A stretch of DNA of 35,377 nucleotides, taken from positions 47,745,711 through 47,781,087 of the forward strand of contig NC_068981.1 in NCBI RefSeq assembly GCF_001194135.2, in the 5' to 3' direction. The position numbers and the translations under genes are program-made. This DNA is from Octopus bimaculoides (Eukaryota). Of the stretch, positions 1 to 12,205 are shown in pieces. The first letter of the stretch is position 1; each line of letters opens with the position of its first letter. Below the pieces are notes generated by a model. That model saw only the letters and a program-made list of their open reading frames with translations. It ran no database searches and had not been told where the DNA came from.

Positions 1-318
1 TGGAAGAGGATCTGGAGGGGTTTTGCCAGGGCATACTTACACGATTTAAGGAGGATTGCTGGGAAACCATCAGGGCCAGCAGTTGAGTTTGTGTCCACTT
101 CATGTATAGCTAGTAGTACATCTTCTTCGCTAATGTTGATGTTTTCCATCGTAACTGCCTCCCTGGTTATAGGGGAGGTAGCAAAGAAGTCCACTGGTTT
201 GTTCACTTGTCTGTGATCCAATGGAGTGGCGAAGACACTTTTGAATTGTTCATTCAGTACCTCACTGATCCTAGTTGGACTGTCTGTGAGGGAGCCATCC
301 TTTTCGAAGAGGGGTCTA
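1..318 (-). mobile_element. CR1-type non-LTR retrotransposon ORF2 fragment (linker leading into RT), 5'-truncated, runs off the window edge
   Basis: Stop-free minus frame of ~105 codons RPLFEKDGSLTDSPTRISEVLNEQFKSVF...IHEVDTNSTAGPDGFPAILLKSCKYALAKPLQILF. The 'GPDG' pre-RT motif matches the copy at 27148 (GPNGFPAILFKSCK). Confidence 0.85.
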
Positions 319-464
319 TAATAATAATATTCTGTTTATAAATGAGAAAGGAAGGGTTGATACATGAATGAGGAAGTATGTGGTGATGTCATACTTGATA
401 GCGTGATGATAAAAATTGTACGCTGAAAAAAAATCAAACAGAGTTTAAACTCTGTGTGAATATA

Positions 465-692
465 TGTGTGTGTATGTAAAATGGTGGGTTTGTGAAAGTG
501 CGTGTATGTGCGTGTGCGAGCGCAATGGAATTGGGATGGTTGGTGTATCTGAATGTGTGTGCGCGTGTGTGTATGCGTGTGCGAGCGCAATGGAAGTGGG
601 ATGGTTATATATGTGAATGTGTGTGAGTGCGTGTGAGTGTGTGTGTGTATGCATGTGTATGTGTGTGTGTGTGTGTGTGTGTGCGTGTTCGC
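465..692. repeat. Composite (TG)n-rich low-complexity repeat with recurring GCGAGC(GC)AATGG units
   Basis: TG dinucleotide runs interrupted by GCGAGCGCAATGG at ~517 and ~582 and the variant GCGAGCAATGG at ~691. Confidence 0.8.
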
Positions 693-1589
693 GAGCAATG
701 GTAGTGTGAAGGTTAACATTCAACGCTGGAAAGAATGATCAAACAGCGTTTCAACTCTGTGTATTTGGTATGCTTCACTTGAGTACAATCTATTCTGTAT
801 AAAAGTAAGTGTCTGTTTATTGTTCATATAAAGTAATTTCTTCGGTATTTCTCGATCGAATTTTATTTAGCGACATTATCATTAAAGTTATGCATTTCTT
901 ATCAATTTGGAGATATTTGCTATCGAGTTGCAGATTCCTTACAATGCAATTGGTGATTATTTGCTTTATTTTTCGGGCAAAATTTACAACTTACAATAAA
1001 AGAATAAAATTATTATTTCATTCAAAAATCGATGAGGTTTGTTTTTTAGTGATGACTTGAAATGGTAAATATTTTTTCTAACTCTATTTGCTTGAAAAAA
1101 CTTACTTTTTTTTATATATTTAAGAATTCTTTGTACTTACTGTTACTATGTACCTAAATAAAAACCATCGTTATAGATCAGCGTTTCTCAACATTTTTCG
1201 CGATTCGTCTCTCCTTCGACATTGAAAAATTTATTTGGGATCCCCTGTGTTGATGAAAAATTTAATTCAGTTTCCCATGTATCGGAGATAGTCCAGCCGG
1301 CCAATGAAAAGTCTAACTTGACTTTTCAAAATTTAAGACATTTTTTGATATATTCTTGATTTCTTTTAATTTTTGTCTCATTTTATTTGTTTGTTTCTGT
1401 TCGCTTAGTATTTGAATTTATTCTTTCATTTGGCTGAATCTTCGTTGATTTCTTTCTGTTGATCAGTTATTTTTATCGTTTTGACAAAAAAAAAAAAAAA
1501 AAAAAAAAAAACTAATTGTAAAATCGTGTTTTAACTTAAGCGTGCCAAAATAAGTCCAATGCTTACATAGAGCAGATTTTACAGTCCTA

Positions 1590-2200
1590 TCATCCAAACC
1601 GAGCGGGTGAAACCGAGATTTCCTGTAAACAACACGAACTACGAAAACAAACAAGTTAAATATGCTATCAACGAGAGAAAGAAATTGAAAACAGGACATG
1701 TAACACAAAAACGACCCTTCATCAGTTGTCAGCTGTCTATCTACTTCCCATTTCGAACATTCAACGACAGTATGAGTCTTCGAATAAAGATTCTCCATTA
1801 AATTTCAAAATACAATTTTGGATTTATGGAGGGGCAAAGTTTGGAAATAAATCAGGACAGTGGAAATATAGAAGGAAACCGAACTAAAACAAACATGGAG
1901 GGACATTATACCAGAACGAGGGAAAACAGCGAACGCTGGGAAAGATAATTTTTTGAAAAAACAAAAGATAGAAGAGAGATATAGAAGTCGTCAAGTCCTA
2001 AGAACGTCGCTGAAGAAAAGAAAGATGGTCACGTGAGGAAAAGAAGGATGGACGAGAGTCACGTGTGGTAAACGGGAGAGAGAAAAAGAAAGAGGGAGAG
2101 AGAGAGACAGATAGAAAACTGTGAAAGGGAGAAAAGGGAATTAGATGTGCGTGCAGCTGGGATGGGAACCGTTGGATGACCATCCGTTAGTTATCAGAGG
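1590..2200 (-). repeat. Unclassified interspersed repeat (copy 1)
   Basis: Shares CCCTTCATC(A/G)GTTGTC...CATTTCGAAC and the following A-rich context with 25240-25560. Boundaries are approximate. Confidence 0.4.
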
Positions 2201-2604
2201 AATTATAGATTAGTAACGGCTTAGTTAATATCCTATTAACTAATGTTATATATTGTGTATATGTGTGTATATGTGTGTATGTGTATATATATATATATGG
2301 GTGTATGTGTGGGGTGTGTGCGAGTGTATGTGTGTTTGTATGTGTGTATTGGTGCGTGCATCTGTATTACTGTAATTACTAAGACAGCTTGACTAGGTTC
2401 AATAGATTTGTTGTGTTATAATTCTGTTAATCCACACTCTTATTCCCAGTGCTACTCTCTGTACATTAATGTGCATTAGTGTACGTCATATCTGGATTCA
2501 AATGTATATATAATCCAAATGCATAAACTTTGGATACTAATCGCAAAATATCATCAACAATTACAAAAAAAAATCCTCTATGAAACTAAAACAAGCCCAC
2601 TCAC

Positions 2605-2688
2605 TATATTAAAGACAGCAAAAAATACGGCAGCAATAAGAAATATCATTGACAATGTCAAAATAAGCTTAAAGTACCATACTACATC
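2605..2688 (-). CDS. Candidate internal exon (phase 0-0) encoding a transmembrane helix of an unidentified protein
   Basis: Acceptor ttgatttgtttcacag|, donor ATA|gtgagt, 84 nt open: DVVWYFKLILTLSMIFLIAAVFFAVFNI. Confidence 0.55.
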
Positions 2689-3021
2689 CTGTGAAACAAA
2701 TCAATAACTATACGATAAATTCAATAACACAGTCTGGCAATATATTGAGAAATCCGATTTTTTTTTGCGCTGTAATTCACACCTCCCTTCCTTTGTTAGG
2801 TTATCATCACTCTGAATAGAGATACGTTCAGATAACCTTTGATACGATGGTTTTTCAATAATTTCATGAACGGCAAATGTTTCTTCTTTTTTTTCGTATG
2901 ACATAAGTTTACGTTTATTACATTTCCGTTTGATTTGAAAATGATTATATTCTGGCTGATTACTTGTATATATAGGTGTATAAAGAACCGTAAATACATA
3001 TTTGTATACATCTGAGCTTTG

Positions 3022-3045
3022 GTATATATATATATATATATATAG

Positions 3046-3082
<37 letters not shown>

Positions 3083-3108
3083 GCATTCATATTTATATGT
3101 ATACGTGA

Positions 3109-3140
<32 letters not shown>

Positions 3141-3177
3141 GCATATATGTGTGTGCGTCTACACGCACAAATATATG

Positions 3178-3212
<35 letters not shown>
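3022..3212. repeat. Microsatellite cluster (TA)n, (GATA)n, (TA)n, (GA)n
   Basis: Directly visible tandem units. Confidence 0.95.
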
Positions 3213-3223
<11 letters not shown>

Positions 3224-4144
3224 GGGAGAGAGAGGAAGATGTATGGTATACACGTCTGGATGTGTGTCTGTGTACATGTGTATGGTTTTCAACGTATTAT
3301 AAGTCGATTTTCCAGGTCTTATTTCTTTAACATTGATTTCTAATTTAGTCATGTAACTACGTGAATTAATTTTGCCTTGATATTTGTATGCATATTGAAA
3401 ATTATTATTTCCATTTGTTTTTTGTGTTTTTGCTTTTTTGGGGTGGGGGCGAGATACATGGCTACACTAGATTAATTGTGATGCGAATGGTAAATTGATT
3501 GTTGACGTTGTTGCGACTTGAAAATGTCCTTCATAAAAGCTCTCTGACAATCTTTATAGATTATCGAGTCTTGTACGAATTGATATATTTTCTATTTGAT
3601 GTGTATATCTTTACCAATATTTCACACACACAACTCCCTTTATCTACTACTTTGGACTCTACCATATGCGTGCACATTTCCCTTTGTTAGCTGTCGAATT
3701 ATTTGTATTAGCAGAAACAGTATTCTATGAAACAATACAAATACTACCGTCATTTCGAACTTACGTACAGAATAATTATAAATTTAGTAGCAGATTATGC
3801 AATAAATTATTTGGTGGATAGTCTCATACACTAGTACTGTATTTCAAAGGAAGTATATTAATAACCACACAATGTTAAATATTATTTGGAAAACATGTAT
3901 TGTGTAAAAAATCGTTCGACATAAACTGTATCAGAAAGAATTTTTTAAAATCATATATATATATATACATATTAGACAAAAGATCTTAATATTTGAAGGC
4001 GAAGGGAATAATCCCATCACTTCCAATGAGTTGGGGAGAAAGGAAACAATAATGGGTTCATCAATGTAGTTTTTAGAAATATTAGTAATGTTTTTGTTAT
4101 ATTTATGTAACAATAATTATTATTCTCTTGGCATATAACAATAC

Positions 4145-4222
4145 CTGAATATCGATTTGGCCCACAAGAACAACAGAAACGACAAATATGAATGAATAAG
4201 GTAGGTAATATTACAAACCATG
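4145..4222 (-). CDS. Candidate internal exon (phase 1-1), hydrophobic segment followed by a Cys cluster
   Basis: Acceptor cattgtcatgttgtag|, donor CAG|gtattg, 78 nt: WFVILPTLFIHICRFCCSCGPNRYS. Phase-compatible with 4569-4703. Confidence 0.4.
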
Positions 4223-4568
4223 CTACAACATGACAATGCAGAATACATGCCCGTACATACAAACATACGTGCACAAAGCATTTATAAAGTAGTTACTGGG
4301 AAAATTCATAGTCTAATATAATTCACAAAAGGGGGACTGTTTAGTTCTTCCTAGTACTATTTCATATATACAATAGATTGATAGATATCTGGATAGTATA
4401 GATTCGAAATGCAAGAACACAGAATGGCCAAAACATATACGTCTACATGATACGGAAATATGTACGTCATTGTCATGGATATGAATATAAAGTATTTCTG
4501 AAATAATCGATTCCATGTTAAAATATATACTTTTATAAGATGGATAACAACATCTTGTGTATTCTAAC

Positions 4569-4703
4569 TAATAGCTTGAGATGGAACCACGGCATCAATT
4601 GTGGACAATGCAGTCACAATTACTGAATACATGAGATTCATGATTTTCAGTGATTCCTCAGCATGCTTCTTCTTAAATGTTGTCAGAACCCAAATCCCGA
4701 AAA
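4569..4703 (-). CDS. Candidate internal exon (phase 1-1) of a membrane protein
   Basis: Acceptor gagttttcttttaag|, donor TTA|gttaga, 135 nt open: FGIWVLTTFKKKHAEESLKIMNLMYSVIVTALSTIDAVVPSQAI. The codon-aligned plus frame contains stops. Confidence 0.45.
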
Positions 4704-4775
4704 CTTAAAAGAAAACTCGATGACTTCATATATTCGAACAGATATAGATATAAGATATATATATAAATATATATA

Positions 4776-5442
4776 NNNNNNNNNNNNNNNNNNNNNNNNN
4801 NNNNNNNNNNNNNNNNNNNNNNNNNNNNNNNNNNNNNNNNNNNNNNNNNNNNNNNNNNNNNNNNNNNNNNNNNNNNNNNNNNNNNNNNNNNNNNNNNNNN
4901 NNNNNNNNNNNNNNNNNNNNNNNNNNNNNNNNNNNNNNNNNNNNNNNNNNNNNNNNNNNNNNNNNNNNNNNNNNNNNNNNNNNNNNNNNNNNNNNNNNNN
5001 NNNNNNNNNNNNNNNNNNNNNNNNNNNNNNNNNNNNNNNNNNNNNNNNNNNNNNNNNNNNNNNNNNNNNNNNNNNNNNNNNNNNNNNNNNNNNNNNNNNN
5101 NNNNNNNNNNNNNNNNNNNNNNNNNNNNNNNNNNNNNNNNNNNNNNNNNNNNNNNNNNNNNNNNNNNNNNNNNNNNNNNNNNNNNNNNNNNNNNNNNNNN
5201 NNNNNNNNNNNNNNNNNNNNNNNNNNNNNNNNNNNNNNNNNNNNNNNNNNNNNNNNNNNNNNNNNNNNNNNNNNNNNNNNNNNNNNNNNNNNNNNNNNNN
5301 NNNNNNNNNNNNNNNNNNNNNNNNNNNNNNNNNNNNNNNNNNNNNNNNNNNNNNNNNNNNNNNNNNNNNNNNNNNNNNNNNNNNNNNNNNNNNNNNNNNN
5401 NNNNNNNNNNNNNNNNNNNNNNNNNNNNNNNNNNNNNNNNNN
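4776..5442. other. Assembly gap (first of ten N-runs)
   Basis: Other gaps: 6909-7743, 9181-9519, 11327-11813, 12301-13004, 14509-14693, 21176-21757, 25617-25652, 30323-30606, 34437-~34945. Most abut (TA)n/(CA)n tracts. Confidence 0.99.
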
Positions 5443-5745
5443 ATATATATATATATATATATATATAATTATACGTAAATATATATATATGTGTGTATGT
5501 GTGTGTGTGTGTGTTTGTATGCGTGTGTGTGTGTGTGTGTGTGTGCATGTATGTATGTATGTATATGTATATAGATATATATAACTTCAACATATCTATC
5601 TAAGATAATAGATTTAAAAAGTTAGACGTTAATATATTGAAACATACTTATATACGTAAATATATTGATGAAAGTATAAAGATACAACGGGGAAGGAAAT
5701 TAAAGTTAGGATGATTAAGAATAGTTGAAATGGACAAGTATAATT

Positions 5746-6133
5746 ATCTTGAAATATAAATGAGCAAAATGCGGAAACTGAAATCTTAAAACAATACATG
5801 TTGTCATAGGTGCCGTAGGAATGATAGCAAAGGCGCCGATTGATACCTAGCTCAGATATCAGGTACCCCCCACCCAATGGCAGAAATTGAAAAGATAGTG
5901 CGCATGGGAACTGCTTATATCCTACATAAGAAACATTCTATGTAATCTCAAGTTTTAAAAGAAACGCATACTTTTTTATGGTTTGTTAAACGTTCTCTAG
6001 AACAACACTATGTACAAATCCAAATATATGACACCATAGGCATAACACCAGCATGAACTTGTTGTCTCTTGAGGTCTCTAGGTGACACTTGGAGCCAACT
6101 TGTAGAAATGCAAACCAAAAGTCAAACATAAAA
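5746..6133 (+). mobile_element. 3' end of an R4/Dong-like (restriction-like endonuclease clade) non-LTR retrotransposon, degenerate
   Basis: Translates to SKMRKLK..TIHVVIGAVGMIAKG...YLAQISG.P.MAEIEKIVRMGTAYIL, the V(V/I)GALG...QKxxLxGTAxIL C-terminal signature. A 3' UTR and an (AAT)n tail follow. Confidence 0.75.
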
Positions 6134-6370
<237 letters not shown>

Positions 6371-9100
6371 CAAAATCATCTTTCCGAGTATTTATTTTGA
6401 ATACTTTCTCATTCTTATGTATTATGCACTGAAATTGTTGTGAATTTGGCGCGCGATTATTCAAGAGGTTACGGAATATAACCAGGCGAGATAGATTTGT
6501 TATTTTAGGTACCGTACGAGTTGCTGGTGAGAATTGAGGCCAGAATTCTAAATCATGGTCCGGGTATATCTGTTTCCTTATTCTACGGCTTTTATCTGGG
6601 GTAATATGTCAAATTCCACCCTTTTGCTCGATTTCTGTTGGTGACTTTCATAATTTCAATAAGTTTAGAGGTTGTTTTACCTACTGACACATGCTGGGTT
6701 CGGCTGTACTACATTGATAAGGAGCATTACACTGAAACCAGTCTGTAGATGCCGGACTAGCATGAGGAAACGGCTGACCTCCCCTGTTTGGAGGTTCGTG
6801 TGTCACATAGGTACCTAGAGGCGATGGCCTCTTGGAGCTAATCAACGGAACCATTCGTCCTATTTTTCTGGACTGCCATGTTAGCTTGGCGATAACTATT
6901 AATATATANNNNNNNNNNNNNNNNNNNNNNNNNNNNNNNNNNNNNNNNNNNNNNNNNNNNNNNNNNNNNNNNNNNNNNNNNNNNNNNNNNNNNNNNNNNN
7001 NNNNNNNNNNNNNNNNNNNNNNNNNNNNNNNNNNNNNNNNNNNNNNNNNNNNNNNNNNNNNNNNNNNNNNNNNNNNNNNNNNNNNNNNNNNNNNNNNNNN
7101 NNNNNNNNNNNNNNNNNNNNNNNNNNNNNNNNNNNNNNNNNNNNNNNNNNNNNNNNNNNNNNNNNNNNNNNNNNNNNNNNNNNNNNNNNNNNNNNNNNNN
7201 NNNNNNNNNNNNNNNNNNNNNNNNNNNNNNNNNNNNNNNNNNNNNNNNNNNNNNNNNNNNNNNNNNNNNNNNNNNNNNNNNNNNNNNNNNNNNNNNNNNN
7301 NNNNNNNNNNNNNNNNNNNNNNNNNNNNNNNNNNNNNNNNNNNNNNNNNNNNNNNNNNNNNNNNNNNNNNNNNNNNNNNNNNNNNNNNNNNNNNNNNNNN
7401 NNNNNNNNNNNNNNNNNNNNNNNNNNNNNNNNNNNNNNNNNNNNNNNNNNNNNNNNNNNNNNNNNNNNNNNNNNNNNNNNNNNNNNNNNNNNNNNNNNNN
7501 NNNNNNNNNNNNNNNNNNNNNNNNNNNNNNNNNNNNNNNNNNNNNNNNNNNNNNNNNNNNNNNNNNNNNNNNNNNNNNNNNNNNNNNNNNNNNNNNNNNN
7601 NNNNNNNNNNNNNNNNNNNNNNNNNNNNNNNNNNNNNNNNNNNNNNNNNNNNNNNNNNNNNNNNNNNNNNNNNNNNNNNNNNNNNNNNNNNNNNNNNNNN
7701 NNNNNNNNNNNNNNNNNNNNNNNNNNNNNNNNNNNNNNNNNNNNTATATATATATATATATTCATATAAACTATGTACCTGTATATGTTCACATATTTAT
7801 ATGTATATGTCTATATACATGTATTTGATTATTTATTTTGTACATATTTTTATTACATCATGGATAAATATGCTAATGAATGTATCAATCAATATATCTA
7901 AATGTATAATAGTATAACATAACCTAACGAAATTACACTCGCCAAATTATAAATTAATTAATATATTTATTTGCTTAATTAATATTATGATGAACCGCTT
8001 ATAATTTCATTATTCTTACTGAATGTTATCGCTTGCGGAAAAATATGTTTTTCTTTGCTGAATTTTTATCTGTATTGTCTTTTCATTTTATATTGAGTAA
8101 GTTTCTTGTATTGAAACTTAATGTTTGTTATTTTTAGTTGTATAATAAGGTCGGCATTTTGGAAAAATATTTTTTTCAGTGGATTAATTCATAACGCTTG
8201 TATTAGTTCCAGTGAAATATGTGTATTTACTATAAAATACGTGATTTTATTCGTAGTGAAATATCAATTATAGATTGCAAGTTAGCTATCTTTATATACT
8301 AAATGATTATTCTTTATAAATACATTCATTTAATGTATTAGGGAATGATAATAATAATGGTAGTAATGATATATGAACATTATTACATAATACCATATTG
8401 TGATCAAAATAATTTATTTTAAGTACGTATTCCTTTTTTGGGGGTTTGGTTTTTGCATTTTCTTTATAAATGTATAATGTTGTACTTGCCAATTTTTTTT
8501 CCGTGTGACAAACTAAGCAATTTAATATCTGTTCAGTGTATGACAACAAATATCATATGCAATCCTATATTTTTGAATACTTGTAATACAAAGTTAACTT
8601 AATAATATTAAAAAAGTGTTTTATTGTATTGTGAATTTATATCTTTATTCTTATTGCAACAGTCTTAGACAGTTACATTTGGTATATATAGTAAAATCTT
8701 GAAATAGATTATTTATAGTTTTTGATCACTTTCTTTAACAAATAATATAGGTTTTACTTATCGTAGGTCTATATTGTATGAATTTTCATTCGTTTATTTA
8801 CGGAATACACCCTTCGACAATTTACGTAAATAAGATTCTTTATTTTTTAGTTAATTTGAATAATCTCTATTCCAGTACCTCCTAATTTAGTTACTTCTGA
8901 AAGATCTTGTTAAATTTCGATATTTATTATTTATGCTTATGGCTTATTATCTCTTTATCTGAGAAACAATATAGGTTATAATTATCGTAGATCAAAGTTT
9001 CTGCTTATTTACCGGGTTCTCCCTGCGATAATGTAGGTAAATAAGAAACATATATGTATCTATATATATCTCTATCCCTCTCTGTGTCTCTCTCTCTCCC

Positions 9101-9180
<80 letters not shown>

Positions 9181-9519
9181 NNNNNNNNNNNNNNNNNNNN
9201 NNNNNNNNNNNNNNNNNNNNNNNNNNNNNNNNNNNNNNNNNNNNNNNNNNNNNNNNNNNNNNNNNNNNNNNNNNNNNNNNNNNNNNNNNNNNNNNNNNNN
9301 NNNNNNNNNNNNNNNNNNNNNNNNNNNNNNNNNNNNNNNNNNNNNNNNNNNNNNNNNNNNNNNNNNNNNNNNNNNNNNNNNNNNNNNNNNNNNNNNNNNN
9401 NNNNNNNNNNNNNNNNNNNNNNNNNNNNNNNNNNNNNNNNNNNNNNNNNNNNNNNNNNNNNNNNNNNNNNNNNNNNNNNNNNNNNNNNNNNNNNNNNNNN
9501 NNNNNNNNNNNNNNNNNNN

Positions 9520-10190
9520 CCTGCAAGGCAAATGTTGGCATGGGGAAGACGGCAAAATAACTGCCGGTTTGCCCACCCGACACCCCGCCAAAACTATAAA
9601 GGTTTAAAGGATAAAAACTTCCCTGAGGAAAGACGACAGATGTCCCCAAGGAGAAAATTCAAGGACGTGCGCTCTTCAGAAATCTTACGCAACGCAGCAG
9701 CTGAGCAAGAGTCCTTTTTGTGCATGGCGCAAAAGATTATGCAGCAGCTGACATGGCTACGCCAAGCACAGACGAGGAACCTTGCCCCCCACTGCGCAAG
9801 ACCACCACAGTCAACAGACATGGGATAGCCTCCCCTAACGCCTGCACAGGCATCACGCCAATATTTTTAGTAAATATTGGGGGCCTGTTGCATTATAATA
9901 ATAAAAGCAAAATTTGTTTCCTGAGAGACCTTGCCGCATGCAATCAAGCCCTATGCATAGCACTCTTGGAAACTCACCTCAGCCCTGATATAGAGGATGC
10001 AGAAGTACACGTACCAAAATATGTCATACTGCGAACAGACAGAACGGAAAGGAGCCATGGTGGAGTTGCTGTATACATCCGTGACGACCTCACACCCCAG
10101 GTCTTACTGTCATACTCAAATTCGGTATGCGACACCCAAATTGTATAGTCATATGCAATACATACTGCCCACCGGATGCTCCAAACCACA
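9520..10190 (+). mobile_element. CR1/L2-group LINE fragment: ORF1 C-terminus and N-terminus of the ORF2 AP endonuclease
   Basis: APE motifs VNIGGL...IALLETHLSPDIEDAEVHVPKYVILRTDRTERSHGGVAVYIRDDL and VICNTYCPPD (YRPP-like). Upstream, a frameshifted GKCWHGEDGK/NNCRFAHP Cys/His motif. Confidence 0.8.
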
Positions 10191-10817
10191 TAGGCAAATT
10201 TGAAGATTGCCTCATTGTATACATTTAGGGATGCGTGTGTGGGTGTGTGCGAGAGAGAAGCGATGTGACATGTATACGTACATACCTGAATACACATGCA
10301 TACATATTTTTTGCTTGCATGTGTGCACGTGTATGTGTGAGAGAGTGAGAGATAGAGCGTGTGTGTGAGTGTGTGTGATATCTATATCTCAAAGTTACAC
10401 ACAGGCACAATTACATACAAAAAAGCTGTATGCTTGTTTATTTATGTAGGTACGTATACATCATAACATATCACTTGACACGCGCTCACTGACTCCCTCC
10501 TTCACGTTAATTTCATCTGATTTTTCATACACTATGTATGTGAGTGTATGTGTACGTCTGTGTGCGCGCGCGTGCCTGCTGCGTTCCACAATCGCTGTTT
10601 ATTTCAATTACTTTTGTGAAGATATCTCCGTTTAGATTTTCAAAAATGTCTCCAAGAACAATGTCCTCACACTGTATTAGATCATCTAGATGTAAAAGGG
10701 GCAAACGTAGATGGTCAGTATTGTACAGTGAAGAACAGTGAAGAAAGTCGATTACAGAGAACCAAAGTCAATTCTGAATTCTGCAACTCTGTTAACTCTA
10801 TTAAGTATTATTTCACA

Positions 10818-10934
<117 letters not shown>

Positions 10935-11110
10935 CAATAAGAAAATGGGTGGGGTGTCAAGAGATTGTATTCATCAAATTTTAAACATAATATTAGGTCT
11001 ATTTATTTATTTAAATTAAAAACAATTATAACAATATACATACATGTATAACATAGTATGCTTTACATATACAAAAATACCAGAACATAGAAAGTTGAAT
11101 AATTTCTTAC

Positions 11111-11234
11111 AACTGTTCCAGCCGAGAGGTCATAGTACCCCACTTTACTTCCATTCCTTCAGTGAGCTGACTAATGCACTTGGCTGTGCCTCTGAGCTTC
11201 GTCAGAGAGTTTAGAAAGATCATAGGGTTCAGTT
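11111..11234 (-). CDS. Candidate internal exon (phase 1 in, 2 out), unidentified
   Basis: Acceptor gtttttaaatttag|, donor GTT|gtaaga, 124 nt with one open frame: ELNPMIFLNSLTKLRGTAKCISQLTEGMEVKWGTMTSRLEQ. Confidence 0.35.
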
Positions 11235-11279
11235 CTAAATTTAAAAACATACACATACACAGTTTTACACATACATGCA

Positions 11280-11326
<47 letters not shown>

Positions 11327-11813
11327 NNNNNNNNNNNNNNNNNNNNNNNNNNNNNNNNNNNNNNNNNNNNNNNNNNNNNNNNNNNNNNNNNNNNNNNNNN
11401 NNNNNNNNNNNNNNNNNNNNNNNNNNNNNNNNNNNNNNNNNNNNNNNNNNNNNNNNNNNNNNNNNNNNNNNNNNNNNNNNNNNNNNNNNNNNNNNNNNNN
11501 NNNNNNNNNNNNNNNNNNNNNNNNNNNNNNNNNNNNNNNNNNNNNNNNNNNNNNNNNNNNNNNNNNNNNNNNNNNNNNNNNNNNNNNNNNNNNNNNNNNN
11601 NNNNNNNNNNNNNNNNNNNNNNNNNNNNNNNNNNNNNNNNNNNNNNNNNNNNNNNNNNNNNNNNNNNNNNNNNNNNNNNNNNNNNNNNNNNNNNNNNNNN
11701 NNNNNNNNNNNNNNNNNNNNNNNNNNNNNNNNNNNNNNNNNNNNNNNNNNNNNNNNNNNNNNNNNNNNNNNNNNNNNNNNNNNNNNNNNNNNNNNNNNNN
11801 NNNNNNNNNNNNN

Positions 11814-12205
11814 ATAAGAATGGTACAAGGTACCGATATTTGCTGGAGAATATTGTTAACTTCTTCACTGTTCTCAGTTCCGTTAACGGCTTGGCGTTCG
11901 GGCGAGTATACTTGGCATTGAAGTACCAACGTTTGAAATGTTGTCTAGGTAAATGCAACTGATGAAGACTAATCAGATTTACGTTGTGAAACGTATTTGA
12001 AAAGTCTGAAACCTAGGTATTGCATTATCCTTAATCTGGGTTGTTCATTTTCGGATGTTCTTCCTAAGGTTAGACAAGTTTTTCATGTTTTGTTGCACAC
12101 ACACATATTTGCCAGTATATACCCAGTGAAGCTATACAATAGCGTCGTTTTTATATCGATTGCTATTCTCCAGCAAATATTGGTACCTTGTTGTACAATT
12201 CTTAT
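11814..12205. mobile_element. ~390-bp segment bounded by ~40-bp inverted repeats (MITE-like or inverted Penelope-type end)
   Basis: 11814-11852 ATAAGAATGGTACAAGGTACCGATATTTGCTGGAGAATA is the reverse complement of 12164-12205 apart from two substitutions and a 3-nt insertion. The left end abuts a gap, so no TSD can be read. Confidence 0.5.

Noticed and set aside
1179-1195. CAGCGTTTCTCAAC, resembling a hAT/Charlie terminal repeat
   Set aside because: No matching inverted end or 8-bp TSD was found.
1715-1758. CTGATGAAGGG on the minus strand (also CCGATGAAGGG at 25388-25398) as hammerheads
   Set aside because: No downstream stem II-GAAA; the upstream GAAA does not yield stems I/III in a type II topology.
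6640-6900. GC-richer segment as a possible exon or RNA gene
   Set aside because: No bounded open frame or RNA fold was found; most likely an unclassified repeat fragment truncated by the gap.
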